From: Verrucomicrobiota bacterium | Lineage (GTDB): Bacteria > Verrucomicrobiota > Verrucomicrobiia > Limisphaerales > CAIQOK01 | Reading direction: 5' to 3' | Length of the DNA: 64,000 bases | Assembly (NCBI GenBank): GCA_046346715.1 | Contig: JAXMHO010000002.1 | Location: 83,059 to 147,058, forward strand | Shown here: in pieces, positions 18,901 through 26,434 of the stretch | How positions within the stretch are numbered: the stretch's first letter is position 1 | Layout: each line of letters opens with the position of its first letter | Notes under the pieces: generated by a model | Seen by the model: only the letters and a program-made list of their open reading frames with translations | What the model was told of the DNA's origin: nothing | The model's database searches: none | Translations under genes and position numbers: made by a program

Positions 18901-20616
18901 ATGTCCCACAAAATGAAACGCGCCCATTACGCCGACATGTTCGGCCCAACCACCGGCGACAAAATCCGCCTCGGCGACACGTCGCTCATCGCGGTGGTTG
19001 AGAAGGATTTCACCGTGTATGGCGACGAATGCAAATTCGGTGGCGGTAAAGTTATCCGCGAAGGCATGGGCCAGGCCGCCGGCGTCGGCGCGGCGGGTGC
19101 GCTGGATTGCGTCATCACCAACGCGCTCGTGCTCGATCACACCGGCATCTACAAGGCCGACATCGGCATCAAACACGGACTCATCTCCGGCATCGGGAAG
19201 GCGGGCAATCCCGACATGATGGCGGGGGTGACCAAGGGCATGGTCGTCGGTGTCACCACCGAAGTCATCGCAGGCGAAGGTTTGATTCTCACAGCGGGCG
19301 GTCTCGACACGCATATCCATTTCATCTGCCCGCAACAGGCGCACGAGGCGATTGCAGCGGGGCTCACCACGATGGTCGGCGGCGGCACTGGCCCGGCGGT
19401 CGGCACTTGCGCCACGACCTGCACGCCCGCGCCGAATTACATCCGCGAGATGCTGCGCGCCGTGGATGCGTTGCCGTTGAACTTCGGTTTCACCGGCAAA
19501 GGCAACACCGCCATGCCCGCTGGTCTCGCCGACCAGATCAAAGCCGGTGTCATCGGCCTGAAGCTGCACGAAGACTGGGGCACAACGCCCGCGGCGATTG
19601 ATTGCTGTCTCGGCATCGCGGACAAGCACGACGTGCAGGTGACGATCCACACCGACACGTTGAACGAATCCACGTTCGTCGAAGGCACGATCGCCGCGTT
19701 CAAGGGTCGCACGATCCACACCTATCACAGCGAAGGCGCGGGCGGCGGTCACGCCCCGGACATCATCCGCATCTGCGGCGAACCGAATGTGCTGCCGAGT
19801 TCCACCAACCCGACGCGGCCTTACACGGTCAACACGATTGACGAGCATCTAGACATGCTCATGGTCTGCCATCATCTCGATCCGAACCTCCCGGAGGACG
19901 TGGCGTTTGCCGAAAGTCGCATTCGCGGCGAGACCATCGCGGCGGAAGATATTCTGCATGACATGGGCGCGATCAGCATGATGAGTTCGGATTCGCAGGC
20001 AATGGGCCGCATCGGCGAAGTCATCACGCGCAGTTGGCAGACGGCGGACAAGATGAAGCAGCAACGTGGTCGCTTGCCGGAGGAAAAAGGCGACAACGAC
20101 AACGTCCGCATCAAGCGTTACCTCTCGAAATACACGATCAATCCCGCGCTCGCCCACGGTATGGCGCACGTCATCGGCTCGATTGAAGTCGGCAAGCTCG
20201 CTGATCTCGTGCTGTGGAAGCCCTCCATGTTCGGCGCGAAGCCCGAGATGGTCATCAAAGGCGGGTTCATCGCATGGGCGCAGATGGGCGACCCGAACGC
20301 GAGCATCCCGACGCCGCAACCGGTTTACATGCGCCCGATGTTCGGCGCGTTTGGCCGCGCGACCGGTGCGACGAGCATCGCGTTCGTCAGCCAGCTCGCC
20401 AAGAAGGCGAATGTTGGGAAAGCCTACGGGCTGACCAAGCAGGTCGTCGCCGTGAAAGGCTGCCGCAAAGTTGGCAAGAAGGATTTGAAGTGGAACAACG
20501 CAATGCCGAAGATCACCGTTGATCCGGAGACCTACGAGGTGCGCGCCGATGGTGAATTGCTGACGTGTCAGCCGGCGAAAGTGTTACCCCTCGCGCAAAG
20601 ATATAACCTCTTTTGA
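18901..20616 (+). CDS. ureC: urease alpha subunit
   Basis: The track ORF starts at GTG 18883 inside the hairpin; ATG 18901 gives [27 protein letters not shown]. Motifs [52 protein letters not shown]-terminal LAQRYNLF. Confidence 0.95.
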   Translation: MSHKMKRAHYADMFGPTTGDKIRLGDTSLIAVVEKDFTVYGDECKFGGGKVIREGMGQAAGVGAAGALDCVITNALVLDHTGIYKADIGIKHGLISGIGKAGNPDMMAGVTKGMVVGVTTEVIAGEGLILTAGGLDTHIHFICPQQAHEAIAAGLTTMVGGGTGPAVGTCATTCTPAPNYIREMLRAVDALPLNFGFTGKGNTAMPAGLADQIKAGVIGLKLHEDWGTTPAAIDCCLGIADKHDVQVTIHTDTLNESTFVEGTIAAFKGRTIHTYHSEGAGGGHAPDIIRICGEPNVLPSSTNPTRPYTVNTIDEHLDMLMVCHHLDPNLPEDVAFAESRIRGETIAAEDILHDMGAISMMSSDSQAMGRIGEVITRSWQTADKMKQQRGRLPEEKGDNDNVRIKRYLSKYTINPALAHGMAHVIGSIEVGKLADLVLWKPSMFGAKPEMVIKGGFIAWAQMGDPNASIPTPQPVYMRPMFGAFGRATGATSIAFVSQLAKKANVGKAYGLTKQVVAVKGCRKVGKKDLKWNNAMPKITVDPETYEVRADGELLTCQPAKVLPLAQRYNLF

Positions 20617-21347
20617 AAAACCACAGAGGCACAAAGGCACAGAGTTCAAGGGGACTTGATTCAATTCGAGTCCCCTCTGTGTCTCTGTGTCTCCGTGGTG
20701 AAAAGGATTTCCTCATCTGGCAGCTCTGTGATTCCGCATTCCCCACGGGAGGCTTTGCACACTCGTCCGGCCTGGAGGCCGCCTGGCAACACGGGGAAGT
20801 GCGCGGACGCACGGAACTGGTCGCGTTCATCAAAACCAGTTTGGACCAACTCGGCCACGCGATGCTGCCGTTCGTCACCGAGTCGTTTGATGCGCCAGAT
20901 AAACTCACCGAGTTCGACGCGCTCTGCGACGCGTTCACAACGAATCACGTCGCCAATCGTGCTAGCCGCGCGCAAGGCCGGGCGTTCCTGACGGCGGTGG
21001 AACGCATATTCAAAGCGGAAAGCGGAAAGCGGAAGGCGGAAACATCGTTCGCGCACTTCGCGCCGGTCTTTGGTGCGTGCTTGAGCCGCTTGGAGATTTC
21101 CCGCGAGACCGCCATGCGCCTCTTCCTCTTCAATCAACTCCGTGCCGTGCTGGCCGCCGCGGTGCGCTTGAACATCGTCGGCCCGATGGAAGCGCAGATG
21201 CTCCAGCACCAACTGTCCGCTGAAGCCGAGCGAGTGCGCCAGTGTTGCGAAGCGTTGTCGCTCGATCAGATTGCCCAGACCGCGCCGTTGCTCGACTTGT
21301 GGCAAGGCGCGCAGGACCGGCTTTACTCCCGACTTTTCCAAAGCTAA
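20613..21347 (+). CDS. ureF: urease accessory protein UreF (start uncertain)
   Basis: The track ORF starts at TTG 20613, overlapping the ureC stop, and reads through the hairpin repeat. The conserved part begins near 20700 ([25 protein letters not shown]). An in-frame GTG at 20679 is an alternative start. Confidence 0.8.
   Translation: MKNHRGTKAQSSRGLDSIRVPSVSLCLRGEKDFLIWQLCDSAFPTGGFAHSSGLEAAWQHGEVRGRTELVAFIKTSLDQLGHAMLPFVTESFDAPDKLTEFDALCDAFTTNHVANRASRAQGRAFLTAVERIFKAESGKRKAETSFAHFAPVFGACLSRLEISRETAMRLFLFNQLRAVLAAAVRLNIVGPMEAQMLQHQLSAEAERVRQCCEALSLDQIAQTAPLLDLWQGAQDRLYSRLFQS
20619..20700. repeat. hairpin element AACCAC-(AGAGGCAC)n ... GTGGTG after ureC
   Basis: AACCACAGAGGCACAAAGGCACAGAG ... 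CTCTGTGTCTCTGTGTCTCCGTGGTG with an inner 8-bp stem AGGGGACT/AGTCCCCT. Starts 3 nt after the ureC stop. Confidence 0.75.
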
Positions 21348-21352
21348 CCACT

Positions 21353-22057
21353 ATGCGAATCCTCCTTCATCAAGGTCACGCCGACAGCCCCGGACATTTT
21401 CATGACCGCGAACTTCCGCTCGACCGCGACTTCAAACAGCGCGCTTTCACCGTCGGTGTCGGCGGGCCGGTGGGCAGCGGCAAGACGGCGTTGATGCTGC
21501 AACTCTGCCTCAAGCTCCGCGAGAAGATGAACATCGCGGCGGTGACCAATGACATCTTCACCAAGGAAGACGGCGAGTTCCTCACGAAGCACGGCGCGTT
21601 GCCCGCCGAACGGATTCGTGCCGTGGAAACCGGCGGCTGCCCGCACGCCGCCATCCGCGAGGACATCTCCGCCAATCTGCTGGCGCTTGAAGAACTGCAT
21701 GTGCTGTTCAAACCGCAGCTCCTGTTCATTGAATCCGGTGGCGACAACTTGGCCGCATGCTTCAGTCGCGAACTTGCGGACTTCACGATTCAAGTGATCG
21801 ACGTCTGCGGCGGCGACAAGATTCCGCGCAAAGGCGGCCCGGGCATCACGCAGAGCGATTTGCTCGTCATCAACAAGACGGACCTGGCCGCGGGCGTCGG
21901 GGCGGACTTGAAGGTGATGGAGCGCGACACGAAGAAGATGCGCGGGGATGGTCCGTTTGTTTTTGCACAGGTGAAGAACGGCGTCGGGGTGGACGAAATC
22001 ATCCATCACATCATCCATTCGTGGCAACACGCCACGGGCGTGGCACACGGCCATTGA
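21353..22057 (+). CDS. ureG: urease accessory GTPase UreG with a His-containing N-terminal extension
   Basis: Track ORF 21242; ATG 21353 gives [45 protein letters not shown]. Also [25 protein letters not shown]. Confidence 0.9.
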   Translation: MRILLHQGHADSPGHFHDRELPLDRDFKQRAFTVGVGGPVGSGKTALMLQLCLKLREKMNIAAVTNDIFTKEDGEFLTKHGALPAERIRAVETGGCPHAAIREDISANLLALEELHVLFKPQLLFIESGGDNLAACFSRELADFTIQVIDVCGGDKIPRKGGPGITQSDLLVINKTDLAAGVGADLKVMERDTKKMRGDGPFVFAQVKNGVGVDEIIHHIIHSWQHATGVAHGH

Positions 22058-22114
22058 AGAGTCGCGGCTGATTTTTCTCCCGAAACTCCTCCGCCGAATC
22101 TATATTGCCGCCGC

Positions 22115-22972
22115 ATGGCAATCATCGGCAGACGCAACACGCTTTCTATCGCCCGGGCTTCCGGCCCCGGCTTCTACCTTAACGGCGGGGAGCTCGGCGA
22201 AATTCTTCTGCCCGGCCGCTACATCACCCCGGCGATGGTGCCCGGCGCCAAGCTCGACGTCTTCATCTACCTGGACTCGGAGGACCGTCTCACCGCCACG
22301 ACAGAAACGCCGCTGGCGATGGTTGGTGAGTTTGCCTGCCTGAAGGTGCTCAGCATCAACCCCCGCATCGGCGCGTTTCTCGACTGGGGCCTCGCCAAGG
22401 ATTTGCTCCTCCCGTTTCGCGAACAGGAAAGGCCCGTGCGCGTCGGGGAGTCCGTCGTGGTGTTCGTCTATCTCGACCAGAAATCCAACCGCATCGTCGC
22501 CAGCGCGCGGCTGCAGCGCCATCTCACGTCCAGCAACACCTACCGCGACAGCCAGTTGGTCAGTTTGATCATCGCCGAGAAAACGCCGCTCGGCTACAAG
22601 GCCATCGTGGACAATGACCGGCTTGGCCTGCTTTACCATGACACGCTGGCGACGCCTTTGGAAATCGGCCAAAAGCTCAAAGGCTTTGTCCGCACCGTCC
22701 GTCCGGGCGGCAAGCTGGACCTCAGCCTGGATCGTTCGGGCTACAAGCGCGTCGCGCCGTTGAAAGAACAGATTGTCGAGCAGCTTGAAAAGAGCGGCGG
22801 CCGGCTGGCGCTTGACGACGACACGTCGCCGGAAGCGGTCCGCGCCGTCTTCGGTTGCAGCAAGAAGGCCTTCAAGCAGGCGCTGGGAGCGCTCTACAAA
22901 TCGCGGCGCATCGCTTTCACCAATCCGGGAATTCAATTGCTCGACAACTCCACCTTCTCGCCCGGCCGCTGA
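22115..22972 (+). CDS. S1-like RNA-binding protein, CvfB/YitL family
   Basis: 285 aa. Tandem S1-like modules (GEILLPGRYITP..., GEFACLKVLSINPRIGAFLDWGLAKDLLLPF...) and a C-terminal winged-helix-like tail, as in COG2996 proteins. Confidence 0.65.
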   Translation: MAIIGRRNTLSIARASGPGFYLNGGELGEILLPGRYITPAMVPGAKLDVFIYLDSEDRLTATTETPLAMVGEFACLKVLSINPRIGAFLDWGLAKDLLLPFREQERPVRVGESVVVFVYLDQKSNRIVASARLQRHLTSSNTYRDSQLVSLIIAEKTPLGYKAIVDNDRLGLLYHDTLATPLEIGQKLKGFVRTVRPGGKLDLSLDRSGYKRVAPLKEQIVEQLEKSGGRLALDDDTSPEAVRAVFGCSKKAFKQALGALYKSRRIAFTNPGIQLLDNSTFSPGR

Positions 22973-25900
22973 TGTCCGTGGAACTGACAGAGTCGCTGCT
23001 GAGCAAGGCCGCCGGCTGGGAGGTCATGAAGCGCGCCCGCGCCTATCTCGAACAGGGCCAGGTGCTGAGTTCGCTGTGGGCGCCGCCGCTGCTGCGCGGG
23101 GTGGTGCAGTCAGATGGCGTCTCGTTCCGGGCCTCGATGGTCATCCACAACGGCATTGATATTGAAAATCTTTGCACCTGCCGCGATGCCCGGCAGTGGG
23201 GAAAAATATGCGCGCATGGCGTCGCCGTCGGATTGCACTGGCTGAAGGCGCAAAATCCGGAAGCACCCACGAAGGAGCGCGGAATTCATTCCGCCAACAA
23301 GGGCATTCAAGCCAACTCGCGGACTGAAGTCCGCGCTCCAAAGAAAACTCCTTCCCTGCTCCGCTCCGAGTCCGGCGAACCTGCCGAACTGTTCATCCTC
23401 CTGCCGCCGAATCTCGACCAGGCGGCGGCGCGCGGCAAGGTCATGCTGGTGCTGGAAGCCAAAGCCAGCGGCGGACGAATGCCGTTGAACGCGCTGCCGA
23501 AGGGTCGCACGTTCGTCTTTTCCCAGCAGGACAATCTGCTTCTGGATGCCTTGGAAAAGCTGACCGACGGCGAGACTCCGGCGGTGCTTCAACTCGACAC
23601 TCAAGAGTTCGCCACCCTCCTGCCGATGCTGGTGGGACACCCGAACATCACGCTCGGCAAAAGCGCGTCGGTGACCGTGGCCAACCAGCCGGCGTCACTG
23701 CCGCTGCGCGCGACGTTGGAATCAAACGGCGAAATCACCATGGCCATCAGGGGAAATGCCGCAGCGCTGCCGCTCGTCGGCAACTGGCTCTGGCGCGACC
23801 AAACTTTCTCGCCGCTCGCCCTGCCCTTGGCGTTGCAGGAAGTGCTGCGCGGACCTTTGCGCATTTCCCGGATGCAGGTGCCGCAGTTTCTCAGCCAGCA
23901 ATGGCCGCAGTTGCTGTCCTCCGGAAGCGTGGAGGCGAACTTCAAGCTGGAGGACTTCTTGCTTGAACCGCAGGCACCGCGCTTTCTGCTCGAACTCAAG
24001 GGCGGTCTCGCCCAGCTCACGGCGCGACTCCAATGCGCTTACGGTGCGCGCATCATGACGCTCGGTGTGACTTCCACCGACGAAGGCGTCTGGCTGCCGG
24101 ATCCGGAATCGCCCACGCGCTATTCGACCCGCGACGTCGGGGCCGAACGCGCCGCGCTGGCAAGACTGCAACGCCAGGGTTTCTCCGCGCCCGACAGCCA
24201 GGGAAAGCTTTTGCTCGCCGGACAAAATGCGGTGCTGAACTTTCTCGCCCGGGAGTTCACCAGGCTCCAGCGCGAATGGAGTGTGACGCTCGACGAGCAG
24301 TTGGAAAACCGCACGTTGAAAAACATCGAGCGCGTTGAACCTGAATTTCAAATCACCCCGTCGGGGGTGCAGTGGTTTGACCTGGGCGTCGTCTTTGCCG
24401 CCAGCAGCGGCGAGAAATTTTCCCCAACGGACATTCAGCGGCTGCTGTTGTCGGGACAAAGCCACACGCGCCTGAAAAACGGCAAGACGGCCGTCATCGA
24501 CACCGGCGCGGTGGAGGAGCTTCAGGAGGTTTTGCTCGACTGCGCCCCGCAGCAGCATGCCTCGGGCTACCGGCTGAATCAGGCGCAGGCGGGATTTCTC
24601 GACGCCACGCTGCGCCAGCAGGGCGGCTGGAAAGTGGAGGCGCCGACCGCCTGGAATGAACGCGCGGCCAAACAGCGCGGCGACACGAAGCTCGACTGTC
24701 CGCCGCTGGGTCCGTTGGAAAACGTCCTGCGGCCATACCAGAAACACGGCGTCGCGTGGCTGCATTTTCTCCGCGAGAACGGCTTTGGCGGCATCCTCGC
24801 GGACGAAATGGGGCTGGGAAAAACCCTGCAGGCGCTGGCATTTCTAAACCTGTGGCGGCAGGCATCCCTGCCTGCCGTAGAGCTGGGCTTCCAGCCCGGC
24901 GGAAAGGACGCGGACATTTCAAGCACGGAAGCAAATCCGAACGCCGGCCCTGGCGGCAGGATGCCGCCCTCTACGGCAGGCAAGGATGCCCGCCGCTACG
25001 CGCCGCACCTGATCGTTTGTCCCACCAGCCTGGTTTTCAACTGGGTGGCCGAGGCAAAGAAGTTCACGCCCGATTTGAAAGTGCTCGCGCTGCACGGCCC
25101 CGACCGACACGCCTGGTTCGACCAGATTGCCACAAGCAACATCATTGTGACGAGTTACGCGCTCATCCGGCGCGACGCCGAGAAGTATCGCGGGGTGGAA
25201 TTCGACACCGTGGTGCTCGACGAGGCGCAGCACATCAAGAACCGTCAGACGCAAAACGCGCAGGCGGTCAAGGCGGTGAAGGCAAAGCACCGCCTGGTGC
25301 TGACCGGGACGCCGCTGGAAAACTCCGTGCTCGATCTCTGGTCCATCTTCGACTTCCTCATGCCGGGCTATCTGGGCACGGCGAAGGATTTTCGCGAGCG
25401 CTACGAGCTGCCCATCGCTAAGGAAAAGAACGCCGAGGCGCAGGCACGGCTCGCCCGGCGGCTTCGGCCTTTCATGCTGCGGCGGCTGAAGAAGGAGGTG
25501 GCGGCCGATTTGCCGGCGAAAATTGAGCAGGTGTCATTCTGTGAGCTCACGCCGGATCAACGCGGCGTTTACCAGCAAATCCTCGAAGCAACGCGCAAGG
25601 AAGTCCTTGACGCCGTCGGCGCGCAGGGTCTGGCCAAGAGCCGGATGGTGGTGCTGAGCGCGCTGCTGCGGCTGCGGCAGATTTGCTGCGACCTGCGGTT
25701 GCTCAAACTCACCAAGCAAAGTGATGGAGAGGCGGAGACTGGAGCTGCCGCGGAAATATCCAATCAACCGGGCGCTTCCGCCTCCCTCTCCTCCCCCAGA
25801 GGAGGAGAGGGCGGGGCGAGGGAGTCAGCAAGCACGTCTTCGAGTTCGTCCGGCAAGCTGGAGTTGTTCAGCGAATTATTGGAAGAAGTCATTGATGGCG

Positions 25901-26355
25901 GGCATCGTGTGCTGGTGTTCAGCCAGTTTGTGAGCATGTTAACGCTGCTGAAGGAGCGGCTGGCGGAGGAAGGCATCGAGTATTGCTACCTCGACGGTTC
26001 CACAACCGATCGGGGCGCGGTGGTGGAGAAATTTCAAACGAGCACGGCGATTCCCGTCTTCCTCATCAGCTTGAAAGCCGGCGGCGTGGGCTTGAATCTC
26101 ACCGGCGCCGACACGGTGATTCATTTTGATCCGTGGTGGAATCCAGCCGTGGAAGATCAGGCCACCGATCGCGCGCACCGCATCGGCCAGACCAAGGTCG
26201 TCACCAGCTACAAACTGATCACGCGCGATACGATTGAGGAAAAGATTCTGACGCTGCAAAACCGGAAGCGGGAAATCATCCAGGCCACCCTCGGCGGCGA
26301 AGAGGCATTCACGGCGGCGTTGAACTGGGAGGAGATTCAGGAGCTGCTGGCTTGA
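22972..26355 (+). CDS. SWIM zinc-finger / SNF2-family helicase
   Basis: Track ORF 22855; ATG 22972 overlaps the upstream stop (TGATG). SWIM finger CTCRDARQWGKICAHGVAV. SNF2 motifs DEMGLGKT, LIVCPTSLVFNW, VVLDEAQHIKN, LTGTPLENS, VLVFSQF, GGVGLNLTGADTVIHFDPWWNPAVEDQATDRAHRIGQ. Confidence 0.9.
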   Translation: MSVELTESLLSKAAGWEVMKRARAYLEQGQVLSSLWAPPLLRGVVQSDGVSFRASMVIHNGIDIENLCTCRDARQWGKICAHGVAVGLHWLKAQNPEAPTKERGIHSANKGIQANSRTEVRAPKKTPSLLRSESGEPAELFILLPPNLDQAAARGKVMLVLEAKASGGRMPLNALPKGRTFVFSQQDNLLLDALEKLTDGETPAVLQLDTQEFATLLPMLVGHPNITLGKSASVTVANQPASLPLRATLESNGEITMAIRGNAAALPLVGNWLWRDQTFSPLALPLALQEVLRGPLRISRMQVPQFLSQQWPQLLSSGSVEANFKLEDFLLEPQAPRFLLELKGGLAQLTARLQCAYGARIMTLGVTSTDEGVWLPDPESPTRYSTRDVGAERAALARLQRQGFSAPDSQGKLLLAGQNAVLNFLAREFTRLQREWSVTLDEQLENRTLKNIERVEPEFQITPSGVQWFDLGVVFAASSGEKFSPTDIQRLLLSGQSHTRLKNGKTAVIDTGAVEELQEVLLDCAPQQHASGYRLNQAQAGFLDATLRQQGGWKVEAPTAWNERAAKQRGDTKLDCPPLGPLENVLRPYQKHGVAWLHFLRENGFGGILADEMGLGKTLQALAFLNLWRQASLPAVELGFQPGGKDADISSTEANPNAGPGGRMPPSTAGKDARRYAPHLIVCPTSLVFNWVAEAKKFTPDLKVLALHGPDRHAWFDQIATSNIIVTSYALIRRDAEKYRGVEFDTVVLDEAQHIKNRQTQNAQAVKAVKAKHRLVLTGTPLENSVLDLWSIFDFLMPGYLGTAKDFRERYELPIAKEKNAEAQARLARRLRPFMLRRLKKEVAADLPAKIEQVSFCELTPDQRGVYQQILEATRKEVLDAVGAQGLAKSRMVVLSALLRLRQICCDLRLLKLTKQSDGEAETGAAAEISNQPGASASLSSPRGGEGGARESASTSSSSSGKLELFSELLEEVIDGGHRVLVFSQFVSMLTLLKERLAEEGIEYCYLDGSTTDRGAVVEKFQTSTAIPVFLISLKAGGVGLNLTGADTVIHFDPWWNPAVEDQATDRAHRIGQTKVVTSYKLITRDTIEEKILTLQNRKREIIQATLGGEEAFTAALNWEEIQELLA
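24852..24999. repeat. REPIN-like unit (three GT[AG]G-type REP hairpins, one forward and two reverse) inside the SNF2 ORF
   Basis: Left: GTGG-CGGCAGGCA-TCCC-TGCCTGCCG-TAG (24852-24880). Middle: GGCGGCA-GGA-TGCCGCC (24952-24968). Right: CTA-CGGCAGGCA-AGGA-TGCCCGCCG-CTAC (24971-24999). The reverse complement of the left unit matches the right unit at about 26 of 29 positions. Confidence 0.75.
25777..25824. repeat. palindromic element of the CCCTCTCCTCC/GGAGGAGAGGG family inside the SNF2 ORF
   Basis: TCCGCCTCCCTCTCCTCC-CCCAGA-GGAGGAGAGGGCGGGGCGAGGGAG, nearly identical to the intergenic copy at 29577-29625. Translated as SASLSSPRGGEGGARE. Confidence 0.8.
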
Positions 26356-26364
26356 GCCAATGGT

Positions 26365-26434
26365 AACCGCAGAGAACGCAAAGTTCGCAAAGACAGAACC
26401 GGAATTCTGTTGAGAGCTTTGTTCTCTTTGCGGT
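26365..26434. repeat. hairpin element AACCGC-(A[AG]AGNNCGC)n between convergent helicase genes
   Basis: AACCGCAGAGAACGCAAAGTTCGCAAAG ... CTTTGTTCTCTTTGCGGT with an inner palindrome CAGAA..TTCTG. Likely a bidirectional terminator-like structure. Confidence 0.6.

Noticed and set aside
17755-20700. CRISPR array possibility for the repeated hairpins in the urease region
   Set aside because: The repeats are inverted rather than direct, are not regularly spaced, are separated by full-length genes, and differ in sequence. No cas genes are present in the window.
20656-20991. 111-aa alternative-frame ORF overlapping the ureF 5' region
   Set aside because: It starts inside the hairpin element, is out of frame with the conserved UreF sequence, and has no motifs.
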